A stretch of 58,246 nt of DNA from Trichosphaerium sp. ATCC 40318 (lineage: Eukaryota; Protista; Tubulinea). The notes under the pieces were generated by a model that saw only the letters and a program-made list of their open reading frames with translations, had not been told where the DNA came from and ran no database searches. Made by a program: the position numbers and the translations under genes. Location of the stretch: NCBI GenBank assembly GCA_038496445.1, contig JALMLS010000260.1, positions 1-58,246 on the forward strand. The letters run 5' to 3'. The stretch's first letter is position 1. The number at the start of each line of letters is the position of its first letter. Below are positions 14,803 to 26,741 of this stretch, piece after piece.

Positions 14803-15247
14803 ACAACAAATACTACTCTATAATCTTACCTTAATTTCAAGTGATCATCAAGTATAGCCATGTAGGCTTCAAAACTTCAACGTATTTGTATCCTTTGAAG
14901 CATAGAAAGCCAGTATAGTGCTACTATCGCAGAAGAACAAAGTACAAGATACGATAATAATCTCATACTATTTATGGCGGATAGTATGTAGTTAACAATC
15001 ACATGCGCTTAAGTTGTTCAGTCACGTGACACTGCAGGACAACTTGTCTAAGTGATACACTTACTTTGTGGCTAATTCTCTAGCCCTTAACATCAATCTT
15101 TACATGAGTGGAGGAATCAAACAAGTACTATAACGGTTTTGAATGCATGGAAGGATATTGCTAGTTGGCTCAATTAAATGTTGAAACAAATGAAGCAGTA
15201 AAACGATTCATTGCTAATGTAGGTTTATTGTTATAATTTATAAAAGG

Positions 15248-16736
15248 CTACCTAACCCATAATTCATCACTCTCTGTAAATGCTATAATGCATTCGCTCT
15301 CTTCATCATAGCAAGTGACAACAAAAGCTGACTTTATGGCATTATTGTATCCTGCGTTAAAGGTTCCTGAAACAAATGTTAAACAATCAATATATCAAGT
15401 ATGTACTTGATGCCCATGAAAAAGTGTGACTTTGGGGAATCGCCGTATCATTCCATGCGCAAACATCAAAGTTGTCATCAATTGTTCTCAATTTTTTAAG
15501 CAATCTATAAGTATAAATCACGTGTGATTTCTACGAGTGATATTTTAAGAGAACGTACACTTTGCCTATGGGATGAGATTCCTTTGTTAAGCTTCGACAT
15601 GCTGATATTTTATAAACTTCTTTGTCAGCTTCACGGAAAGGAGCAATCCGAAGGTAATTTGGCGAATGTATTTCGTATGTAGTACGCACGGACTCTGCAT
15701 CTTGTACCAGATATGGTGGACTTTAATTCAAGGCGTTAGCGGTATCAGAAGCGTATTTTAAGGCGTACAGAGTGTGGTTGGCAAGGAAATGATAGACGAA
15801 TTGTCCAATAGTCATTGAAGCTGTTTCTTTAGCTTTCCAATTTTCTACAACACCAAGAGATATGACATCTTCCATACGCTCTTTGCCAGTTGCATGGCGT
15901 AACATTGCCATCAGAGCACATAGTCCATGGGACAGTGAAGTGTTTTCGTGCATCTCAAGATCAAAGGCTTGATATGAAAGAAGTGCGTTGGGACCATCTA
16001 GCAACAATAAAAGCAAGTGAGAAATTAATTTACATTCTTACGATCTGCGACTACAAGTAAGTAAGCAACTTACTCAAGCAATAATTAATCTTACTCTCAC
16101 AAGAGTTGATACCCTCAATGAAACCTCTACAACAGAAATAAGTTAGTAAACAATCAATCAATTAGATTCTGATTAGTCATCAAATTATGTTCTCAGGTTT
16201 TAAACGTTATCAAAGCATAGGTTAAAGGAGTGTGGTATCAGAGCTACGCACTCAAATCTATCAGAAAATTGGTATTCAACTGATTTTGGAAAACGTTTAA
16301 ATTGTGTAATGAAAAGTTGATGCCAAAACTTGTCCCCAATGTCATCTGTTATTATTGACTCGTTTGTTTCTTTCATATTTTCTTTCCAAACAAATGTAGA
16401 AAAGAAAAACCTCTTCCACAACACATTAGCGCAACCAACCTTGAAGAAAACAAATGTCAAGCTAGATAAAATTCGAAGCGTTTGTTTTGTTATGGACATA
16501 CATCATACCAAGCCTTAGATACACTTTGAACACTACTAACATCGTCACATGATAAGAATGACAAAATATGGAGCAAACAGTCATAAGACAGCTCTTGTTT
16601 TGGTTTAACGCCATCATGTTTAAGTTTTTTTGCTTTAGTGCTCTGTTCTATCGCTTTTGACCCTGTTTGAGGTTGTCAATGAACTACAATACACCGCATA
16701 TTTACCTGCACTATCTAGAGACTGGTTTCTTGACAT
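15248..16736 (-). CDS. F-box family A protein, copy 1
   Basis: Spliced frame gives ELSYDCLLHILSFLSCDDVSSVQSVSKAWYD. Same exon structure as 23089-24584 and 44316-45771. Confidence 0.8.
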
Positions 16737-17229
16737 GATTTTGTATAGCATGCCTGTCGCTTGGCAGTTGCTGGAATCAAAAAGTGAGTATACCAACGAC
16801 AATGCTTGTACTTAATCACGCACTTAATGTTCGGAGGAACTTATATTTAGCCGAGTACCTGGAAAAGCGGCTGTTGATAAACATCTTTGTAACAGTGTCA
16901 CATAGTTATTTGTACTTGTAACATAAACAAGATGTATTGTGCACTACATTAGGTAAACAAAAAAGCGCAAGCGTCATGTATATAAAGGATTTCTATGATT
17001 TGTACAACACTAAAGAAGTAAAGCAAATGTGTCACGTACTTTAATGAACAGGTGCTATTCATCGAAAAGAAAGTGTTGTATTTGAACACCATTGTTCCAA
17101 CTTCACACACTTGTATTACACTCCCAATCGTACATATAAAACTTATGTACCACTCCTATAATATCCCCTATTCTACAACTATAAACTTTTGGACAAGGCA
17201 AAAACTCAGAGTGGCCATTCCAATGTAAC

Positions 17230-17640
17230 AGGATCGAAATGCCTGAGCTTTATGCTTCATCCGTAGCACCTTCAATACCACTAATCCCAATGGTATGAAT
17301 ACCTGAAAGCCCGTTGATACCTTCACCTGTAATACCATTACCCTGAGCGATAACTATGAACATCAGAAAGCGATTTAATAGCTTCATCAGTAAAACCCAC
17401 AGCCACTAAGATGAATGGTATGGACACCAAAAAGTGCTTTGATACCTTACATGTAATACCATTGCAGCGATATGTATACTATGAAGACCAAAAAGCGCTT
17501 TGAAGCCTCCAGCTTTTAAGCCATAGCAACCATAGAGACAGCTGATATTTAATACCTCCACCTGTAAGGGTTTCCACAAAACTCAAGATTGATGGTGTGA
17601 ACACCAGCAAATTCTTTGACAATACTAATAGTATAAAGAC
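17230..17640 (-). pseudogene. Degenerate intronless leucine-rich-repeat gene remnant (22-aa ITDEGIKxLxGIHTIxLSGC-type repeats)
   Basis: Fragments NGITGEGINGLSGIHTIGISG and GIKALFGVHTIHLSGC/GFTDEAIKSLSDVHS, broken by frameshifts and stops. May extend upstream to ~18260. Confidence 0.7.
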
Positions 17641-18787
17641 TGTCAGTAATTGAGATCTTGTTTGTCGGAGAGCACTAGGGTGTTCAACTGCAACGAATGG
17701 TAGAATCCAGATGCCCGTTGCAAAAATTATGAAACTCAGTATATCTCTTCTTTAATTCTTCTAAACAGCCACCTTTCAGTAAAGTTGAAATCTTGATTGT
17801 TGTTTATCTTTTCTATGTACAATCCGGGTAAATTCTTTGCTTACTGAAAAGCAAACAATTTTCTGAGGTACATTTCTAAGGGACGTGTTCTCCTTGGATA
17901 ATTGGGTCAACTCCAAAGTCACTCGTTGGTCAAAAAAAAGTGCACTTCGCAGATCGAACAATTACAAACCCATGCTTGTAGCTATATTCGAAACTGCTTA
18001 TTTTATAATTCAAGTTCTCTCTGTACTCTTTTCACTCGCTGTCATTGCTGCTCCTATACCAATTCTTGAAAACCTACCTCCGGAGTGGACACAAAGCCCA
18101 CCACAACGCCCTCTATCACCCAAAAACAGTTTCTTGATTACCTAAAAAGGCTTTGGCGGTTAAAACGCGTAAATACTCATCACAAGCCATCACACGTAAT
18201 CAATATATCCAGCTTTATCGATACATATCGATTAGGGTTCAATAGTACCATCAGAATCCTAAATACAACACTTTTGTAAATAAAAACTCAACTCTTTGTA
18301 CAAATCAGTTTACGACTTCTCCGAAGTGCCAATACTTTATTTTATCGCTATTGTACGGTGTTGTACTTCCAATTCCCGTTTTAAGCAAGTAGCCAAACTC
18401 AAATTAGAGTCTACCATCTAACAGCTTTTTCTGTCTCCCTGCGCGTAGGTAAAATGATCCGCGTAGTTTTCGGCGTTCACAGAGTACATGCAGCGGATTA
18501 AGTCCAAAAAAACGAACAAGACATGTATGCCTACCACGAAAAATACGTACTCGCGTTGTAACGTGTGCAACACGAAAACAGCAAACTTCACAACGTATAA
18601 CGCAATAAACTATTTGTAAACGGACAATAAGACAATACTACCAATAAACACTACCAAAACAACCGCTTGAATACAGTTCGGTTTAAGTTTTTCGCTTTAT
18701 TTCAGCAAAAGTGCGTTTTTTCAGTACACTCTCCTTATTTTTACGTCAACAGCTCCTAAAAAGTTCATTTGAAATAAAGTACGCGTA

Positions 18788-21067
18788 ATGGGAAAGGTGC
18801 AGTCTCGTAAACGTAAAAAGGAAAGGAACGCATACCATTATCGTCGTAGGGCAAATACAATAGCCGGAGGAGATGCGGGAGTACCTGCAGGCAGTTTATT
18901 TGAGACTAAAACAAATTACGACAAACTAGCCAAAGAAGCGTTTAACCGTGATGCCGGTATAAAACAGAAGGAACAAGAGATAGAAGCACGTGAGGAGCAA
19001 ATTCAGAGTAAAATTCGGACAGCAGGACGAGATGAAGCTTCGGATTTTAATTGCCCGACGCCTAAGGCTTGTGCGAGGATAGAGAGACGATATAAGAAAA
19101 ATGCTTCATTACGAGTAAACCCAAAACACTATGAAAAGCCTCCACCTAGTTTATGTGAGATTGGTGCGTCTTGTAATATGATTTTATTATGAAAAAGAGT
19201 ACAAACAAGCTCGTTTTTTTTGAAACAAAACCAAAAAAAAAAAAAACTTGGTGGAAAAAAAAAAAAACAAAACGAAAAATTAACGCACACCAATGAAAAA
19301 TACTGCATTAAAAATTAACCTCCGTATAATAGGAGATTTTAAGGAACCTTCTACTGCATTATTGAAGATGTATAAAGCTACTAAAATAACACAAAAAGAA
19401 CTGAAACATTGGGCAAATTACGGAGGATCTCAATTATTTTACAACGCAAATCAACTTGAGAATAGAATTTCTACTGTTATACAGTACTGCGAGCAAGATG
19501 AGGTACTACTTTCAGTACACTAATATTATGATATTATAATAATACTCTCCTGATCTCTTTTCCATAAAAAAATGTGTACAACGAGAGGAGTGATGTTTTA
19601 CTTTTTTTTTTTCGAGTTGGTTTTTTTTTTTAAGTGTCCTTTAGGAATCACGTGTATGTAAAACTTTGAGACATATTACTCATCTCCTAAAAACGCAACC
19701 TGACGATTTTGATCGCGCAAATATTTTCATACTCCTAGCAGCTCATGGTGGTACGTGAACGCAAAAATATCGCGCTATCAAAAAAAAAAATTTCTCCTCG
19801 CTATTTTTTTATGAAGTACATCACTTTTCATTGTCACGTGATTTTTAGTTAATTTTTTCGAAACAAAGAAAACAATTTCTGGTTTATTTTATGTTACATT
19901 ACTGACACCTTTTTTTAACTAAAGGTATGTGTAATGTACAAAAGGAAGTTGGCGTGAGGACTGCTTATAACATGATGACGAATAATCTAAAAACGGAACT
20001 TGAGAAGGAGTCAATAGCAAACATAATTGGTACGTTCTCAAAAAAGTGGTTGTGAAATGTCCAGTTCCTTTATAACGACACTGTGGCATGTAGTAGCTTC
20101 GCTTGTTGATCTTTCATTCTTTTGTCTGACAATTTGTGCGATAGGGAGATTACTGGCAGATCAAAGAATGAGTCTAGCGGAGAATGTTGGTATACAAAAG
20201 GGTTTAACTCGAAATACGCACTGGCTAATTCCATACCAAAACGCTCTCGCTCCTCAGATTGGTATAGATCTTGTACCTGATCCAAATGGTACGTTCAGCG
20301 CCAAATAGAATGTTTTGTATTTTCATCATTTATCAAACTTTTTTTTCTTCACTGGCGCCTGAGTTTTTTCTTTTTTTTGACACTATATTGATGTTTTATA
20401 ATCCTTACCCTTCATTAGCGGTACACCATGAATTTCAACAGACTGACCTTGACTTATTTCTTAAATTGTATACAGTTAATTTTATTGTCAATGCAGTGCG
20501 TGTTTTTTTCTTTTTTCGCTTTTTTTTATACTCCGTATCCCAGTTTTGGAAATGTAGGAGTTTTGGATGAGTGTAATTTTTTGTTAATCACGTGATACTC
20601 ACGTGATAAAAGGCAACGATTGGTATTAATGAAAAACCTCGTAAAGTACCTTATACTAAAGTAACAGACTGGTTAAAGGAGCATACTCCGAAAGGTAACA
20701 ATTGAAAAAATCCGAAAAAAAAAAAAATTAAAACGCTCGCATAGGTCTTGATGCATACGAGTTTCTCAGCAACGCATATGACATGGACGTCGGTACATTG
20801 AAGCCACAATACGTTAGATGGATGCTAGTAAAAATGGGTATCCTTACACGCATCAGTCGTTCAAAAACCAAAGCTGCCAAAGAAAATACCACAAAAAAGC
20901 GGAGAGCAAAAAAAGCGCCGGATACACCTACAAAACAGAAGAAAGTTGAGCCTGTGGTGAAAAAAGATACAACTAGTAGTAATTTACCCGTGAAGAGAAG
21001 AAGAAGACGTCATAGCGATCCAGGAAAATTAAATTTCAAAGACGTTGAAAGCTCTGAAAAAAAGTAG
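18788..21067 (+). CDS. Multi-exon protein of unknown function, basic N- and C-termini (likely nuclear)
   Basis: Chain of exons with canonical splice sites; Lys/Arg-rich tails; central segment FILLAAHGGMCNVQKEVG. One exon junction (~19480-19645) is ambiguous. Confidence 0.7.
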
Positions 21068-21440
21068 CAAAACCCAAAAACAAAAAAGGCTTTGTTACTC
21101 TTTTTGAAAAACCTTGTACACTAGTGTAAAATTGAAACCTAAACACCAACCTCCCTCTTGAACCTGTTGTTATATGATTTTGACGAAAGTGAAGTAGATG
21201 ACGGTAAGCAAACACGTGAAACATTTTTGGTTCTTGTTTGCTTTATTTTACGTGTTGCAGGAAGAAAGTTACCTTTTTTGAACAACAAGAATCCAAACTT
21301 GGCGATCGTACATCTGAATGATTCATTCGGCAAAACAACGCACCAACAACTCTTGTACATTTACCTTTCCAAAAGTCACAATAGATAGCCTACTTGTAGT
21401 AATACGCACTGAAATACTCATTCTCGCAATACAACCTTGT

Positions 21441-21752
21441 TTATTTAAATAAAACAAAAGAAAGTACAACCAGCACACCACCGAGTACTGCGTCGATCAT
21501 AAGTACAACAACAAGCCAAATAATAAGGCTTGATAGCGTAGTGTAACCATCCTTTAAAATACAACTCCAGAGGTATCCCATAAAGAAATTCAGCTCACAT
21601 CCACTTATTCTTATATTTCTCCCTGTGTTCTCATCAATACCTTGGTAAGTAGACGTCTGACTTGATATCACCTTGTACAGAAAAAACCCAATATGGATAA
21701 AACCTGCAAGAGCGAATACTGCTATGCCTGTAATTAAAAGATAGAGCTGCAT
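21441..21752 (-). CDS. Small intronless membrane protein (103 aa, 2 hydrophobic segments)
   Basis: Complete ATG-to-stop ORF with hydrophobic N- and C-terminal helices; no family recognised. Confidence 0.45.
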   Translation of the reverse strand: MQLYLLITGIAVFALAGFIHIGFFLYKVISSQTSTYQGIDENTGRNIRISGCELNFFMGYLWSCILKDGYTTLSSLIIWLVVVLMIDAVLGGVLVVLSFVLFK

Positions 21753-22539
21753 GGTGTAACGTGTTGATGAAACTTAAATGAAACGAACCGTTAAGCACAA
21801 AGCACAAGTATTAAGCCAAGTCGGGCTTGCTGACAAGCGCTGCTAAGATGAAATGCATCAATATCCTTCGATAAAGGCGTGGGTGGGTTTTTAAGATAAC
21901 TGATCCGTGTGTACTCCTAAACATTTAGTAATTCAATGAAATCGTACTGGGTTCTTGTATGTACACGAGAGTTTCAATTGCTCTGAAAGTATCCCCAAAT
22001 ATTGGGACCGTTACGAGGGCTGCTCATTGCAGATATAGAGAAGTTATACTAAGAGGTTGTCCCATGAAACGTGGTAGTGGTACCGCTTAGGTTATTAGAA
22101 CTAGCATCTAGCTCTCAATAAGCTGTTAAATTAACGTCAGGAGCTACCATTAGCGATATGGTTCCACGACAGACTTGGTGTAGAGAAGAAATACATAATA
22201 ATACAGTACTCAGCAATCATTGTTATGATTCTCACTATTGCAGGTGACCGTGTAAAGCTTCATACTCTAGGTAACAGTAAAGCCAGTGTTTGCTTTACAT
22301 TACATTACAGCTTTCGTAGATCAAGAAGCATAGACTACATCGAGTAGACAAAGTACATCCACTGTTGTATAAATATCATACTTAGGAGACTATGTATTGA
22401 AAAAGTAGTAATGCACCTCCTTTACGAGGTGCCAATTGACTCACAGTAACTCGAGATTCACCGGCTATCCATCATCAACTCCTTTGTTTTGGTTGTACTA
22501 CTGACAAGTGTTCTCGCCATCACTACCTTACGCATCATA

Positions 22540-22826
22540 ACAAATGACTACAGACGTTGTGGCTACAAGGACCCTGAGGAAGGTGGTACAACTTGACCAT
22601 TTCTGGTACATAATCTGTGCAACAAATGTCAACTGGTCTCTTTATCTATGCTTACGCTATTTTCTACTACATCTATAGATCCAACATGACGTATCTCGTT
22701 CAGGTATCATATTACTTTGGCTACATGGCTCTCATTTGCTATTTTTTGTTCCTCATATTGGATTTTGTCGGCTGGTACAGTTCGCTCATATTTGTCCGCA
22801 AACATTTTCAAGAGCGTCCGTTTTGA
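22540..22826 (+). pseudogene. 5'-truncated, intronless C-terminal fragment of a TM9SF/nonaspanin (EMP70) gene
   Basis: STGLFIYAYAIFYYIYRSNM..LVQVSYYFGYMALICYFLFLIL.FVGWYSSLIFVR matches the TM9SF C-terminus. A degenerate NDYRRC (EDYRWWW) lies upstream. No intact 5' part. Confidence 0.8.
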
Positions 22827-23088
22827 TTGATTTCTTCCGTTGTTTGTTCTCATCTTTTTAATAAATTCATATACATTAGCGTATGAGTTCCATTGAAGAA
22901 TGTGAGAACTAGCAGAAGAAGTAGTGAATTTTTTTTGAGTTGAATGACTTTTAACTTTTTCAATACAGATTACATAGTAACTAACTGTTGGTGAGCGTTA
23001 ATTTATCGTATTAATTAATTCAGCTATTCCTTGAAAGAACGATTAAGTAAACCTTTCCTGGGTTCTATCTCAACAAACGTTGCTCTAA

Positions 23089-24584
23089 ATGATATCACCA
23101 CAAGAGTCGCTAGATAGTGCAGGTAAAGATCACGTGGAATGTAAATGTAGTTCATTGACAACCTCAAACAGGGTCAAAAGCGACAGAACAGAGCACTAAA
23201 GCAAAAAAACTTAAACATGATGGCGTTAAACCAAAACAAGAGCTGTCTTATGACTGTTTGCTCCATATTTTGTCATTCTTATCATGTGGTGATGTTAGTA
23301 GTGTTCAAAGTGTATCTAAGGCTTGGTATGATGTGCGTCAATAGCTGGAACGCTTCGAAGAAGTCCTGGTCTTGTATCAAGCTTAACTGTTGTTTTCTTC
23401 AAGGTTGGTTGCGCTAATGTGTTGTGGAAGAGGTTTTTCTTTTCAACATTTGTTTGGAAGAAAAATAAGAAGCAAACTCGCAAGTCATTAAAAAAACTTG
23501 TAAAGAATGATGGGTTTTGGCATCAACTTTTCATTACACAATTTAAACGTTTTCCAAAATCAGTTGAACCCCAATTTTCTGATAGATTTGAGTGCGTAGC
23601 TCTGATACCACACTCCTTTAACCTATGCTTTGATACCGTTTAAAATCCGAAAACACAAAGTTGAACAGAATCAAAACAAAAAGTTGATTGATTGTTCACT
23701 AACTTATTTCTGTTACAGAGGTTTCATTGATGGTATCAACTCTTTCTCACGTAAGATTACATTGTCTATTATATATTTAACTTACTCTTTTTACAGTTCC
23801 TGCTCGTAAGAAGAGTCAAGTCTACAACTTTCTTACTTTTTGTTGTTGATAGATGGTCCCAAAGCACTTCTTTCATATCAAGCCTTTGATCTTGAGATGC
23901 ACGAAAACACTTCACTTTCCCATGGAATATGTGCTCTAATGGCAATGATACGCCATGCAACTGGCAAAGAGCGTATGGAAGATGTCATATCTCTCGGTGT
24001 TGTAGAAAAGTGGTCAGGTAAAAAAACAGCTTCAATGACCATTGGACAATTCGTCTATCATTTCCTTGCCAACCATACTCTGTACGCCTTAAACTACGCT
24101 TCTGGATCAGCCTAATCAATTGAATCAAAGTCCTCCATACCTGATACATAAACGAGAGTTCCTGAAGATCGCTCCGTTCCGTGAAGATGACAAGGTTTCT
24201 AAAACACCAAAACGTAGATTTGTAAGAAAATCATCAATTCATCCAATTGGTGACGTGTACGTTCTGTTAGATCTTATCACTCATATTAATCACGTGATTT
24301 ATACTTTTAGGCTGATTGAAAAATTAAAAGAAATTGATGACACCTTCGATATTCGCACTTGGAATGATACGGCAAATCCACAACATGGCGATGGTTTTTC
24401 ATGGGCATCAGGTACACATTTTAACTCATTGTTCAATTGTTTAACATTTCTCTAAAACAACTCAGAAACCTTCAATGCGGGATACAATACTGATATAAGG
24501 TCAGCTTTTGTTGTCACTTGCTATGATAAAGAGAATAAGCGCATGATAGCATTTACAGAGAGTGACGTTTTGTGGGTATTCTAA
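23089..24584 (+). CDS. F-box family A protein, copy 2
   Basis: MISPQESLDSA|GSKATEQSTKAKKLKHDGVKPKQELSYDCLLHILSFLSCGDVSSVQSVSKAWYD|VGCANVLWKRFF...AFTESDVLWVF*. Eight GT-AG introns, including those flanking a 9-nt microexon at 23797-23805. Confidence 0.85.
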
Positions 24585-24661
24585 ATAACAATGAGAAATA
24601 AAGTAACATGATACTTGGCTGAGAAAACCTTGTACCAGCTCTAGACTTAGTGCGGTGTCTT

Positions 24662-25697
24662 TTATTTATTCTTTTCTAGACAAATACAAAAATGATGAAT
24701 AAAAGTGTTTGCAAAGTACTTGAACCAACCACATAAAATACCATGAAACATCCGTAAAGGAAAAAAGATCGTGTTGAACGATCTTATCAATAAGCTACTA
24801 CTTCTACTTTGAGTACCAAAGTGGTGTTTTTTCCTTCTTGATTTGAACCATCTCCTTACCTCATCATTCGCTTCTTCAAAAGGCTCTCCATTCTCAAGCC
24901 ATGTTTTCTTATCAGTTAGCTTACCATCAACCATGGTGGCCACTGACCAAAGTTGCCCATTTTCATACCACAGCTTAGATTCACCCTTTTCTTTACCATT
25001 TACAAAAGTCGCTTGACTGTTAAGTTGTCCATTACTATACCAGCATTTGTATTCACCGTTAGCTTTACCATCAATCCATGAGCACTGTGACGAAAGTTGC
25101 CCGTTTTCAAACCAATATTTGGCTTCACCATTTGCTTTACCATCAATCCATGAGCACTGTGCCTTTAGTTGCCCGTTTTCAAACCAGTTCTTGAATACAC
25201 CATTCCGTTTACCATCAATCCGTATGCCATGCACCCTAAGTTGTCCATTCTCATAAAATGTTTTACTAATGCCATGTTGCTTATTATCAGCGAACATGTA
25301 CTTGTATTCTAAGTTGTCCAGTTTCATACCATTGTTTCACTTCGCCATGTCGTTTACCATTGACCCACATCCCATGTTCCTTAAGTTGACCATTTTCATG
25401 CCATTCTTTGCCTTCACCATGGCGTTTACCGTCAACTAACATCCACTGTGACCCAAGTTGCCCATTCTCATACCAACTTTGATACAATCCAGTCTTTGCA
25501 TGTCTATGGGTGTTGACTTTTCCGCTTTTATACCATCTGATCCATTTTCCTTTCTGTTCTAACGATTCATTGAAATGTGTACTTATTGCTGCTCTCCTTG
25601 ACAACGTATGGAACTTTGTGAATGTTTCACAATTGAAAGTACAAATGTACTGTTGAATATCACTTGGAAGATCCAACAAAGTCAACGAAGAAGCCAT
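24662..25697 (-). pseudogene. F-box-like + MORN2 (YwqK-like) repeat gene, family B copy 1, with a +1 frameshift
   Basis: LLDLPSDIQQYICTF then ~23-aa WYENGQL..W.DGK..GE.K repeats. One extra base at ~25302 relative to copy 2 splits the ORF (real lesion or sequencing error). Confidence 0.8.
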
Positions 25698-26496
25698 TGT
25701 AAGCACAAAAACTAAAATAAAACGTAAGGACAGTTTCACAACAAACATTGCAAGTGAGAAGTTGAATCGTAAATTCAATTCCAACACTTTACGCAAATCT
25801 TACAACAAACAAAAACAACAGCAAGAGCGCTTCGCCACGTGCTTGGCTATTCGAAAAGGATGGCCGTTACTACGGTATCGTTTGATAACCAAAGGCGACT
25901 TCAGGACTTTAATGATAGGGTAAGTTGGTGAGTTCACAATTTTAAGGAGTTTAGAATGTAATAGTTTCCCAAACGCCGTTAAGAACGTATTTTGAGTGAA
26001 CCAAAGGATTTGACCCGAAATAACGCTATTTTGTTTTAGCGCTAAGCCTGATTTTTCAGGAGGGTTTGTGAGCATAGGTAACCTTGTGCAACTCTGCAAG
26101 CTACACCGCTAGTGTATCCTTATGAAGTACTTCACATGAGTATAAAAGCTGAAAGTCACGTGCGTGCTACAAATCGATAGTGGCCTTTTACAAAGTAGGC
26201 TTAGCGCTACAATACAATAGCGTTATTTCAAAACAAATCCAAAGTGAGGTATGCCAGGACAAAAAGCATGTATGAATACGTACGATTTGAATATAGAAGC
26301 ACTTGTGACGGCCTTTTGGCAAAGCAATGCCTAGACTTACTAAACGACCAGTGAGTTTAGAGCTGAGAAAAATACAATTTTACGTCAGTAAAATGTTGTG
26401 TGGTTACATACCTACTTGCGTTATTCGTTGTGCAGTCTGGTATGGTCGTTGTGTTATGACTATAACTTAACTAACTTTAGTTTGTAGCACGTGACA
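24662..26496. repeat. Inverted dispersed duplication of the family B gene plus upstream DNA (partner 45836-47545)
   Basis: Near-identical across the 5' coding half; diverged but alignable upstream blocks (e.g. aacttaactaactttag, gagttcacaattttaagg) ending near a CACGTGACA motif. Confidence 0.85.
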
Positions 26497-26741
26497 TAGT
26501 TACGCTTAAAAACCTGTACGTAGCACCACATACAATCGTTTACTCAATGTAGAATAAATTAAAATAAATACAAAATACAATATACGCGTGGCACTTGAAT
26601 ATTTAGTGTACTAAGTCCGTACAGGTACAACAATAGAAAAAGAAACACAAACTGTTTGGATGTTTATACAAATTGTTTATTGATAAACCTTTTTATCTAC
26701 TGTACTTCATTTATTCTCCACCCTTGGAAAATATGTTTGAT

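Noticed and set aside
26180-26200. GCCTTTTAC, U5 snRNA loop 1
   Set aside because: No flanking stem or Sm site.
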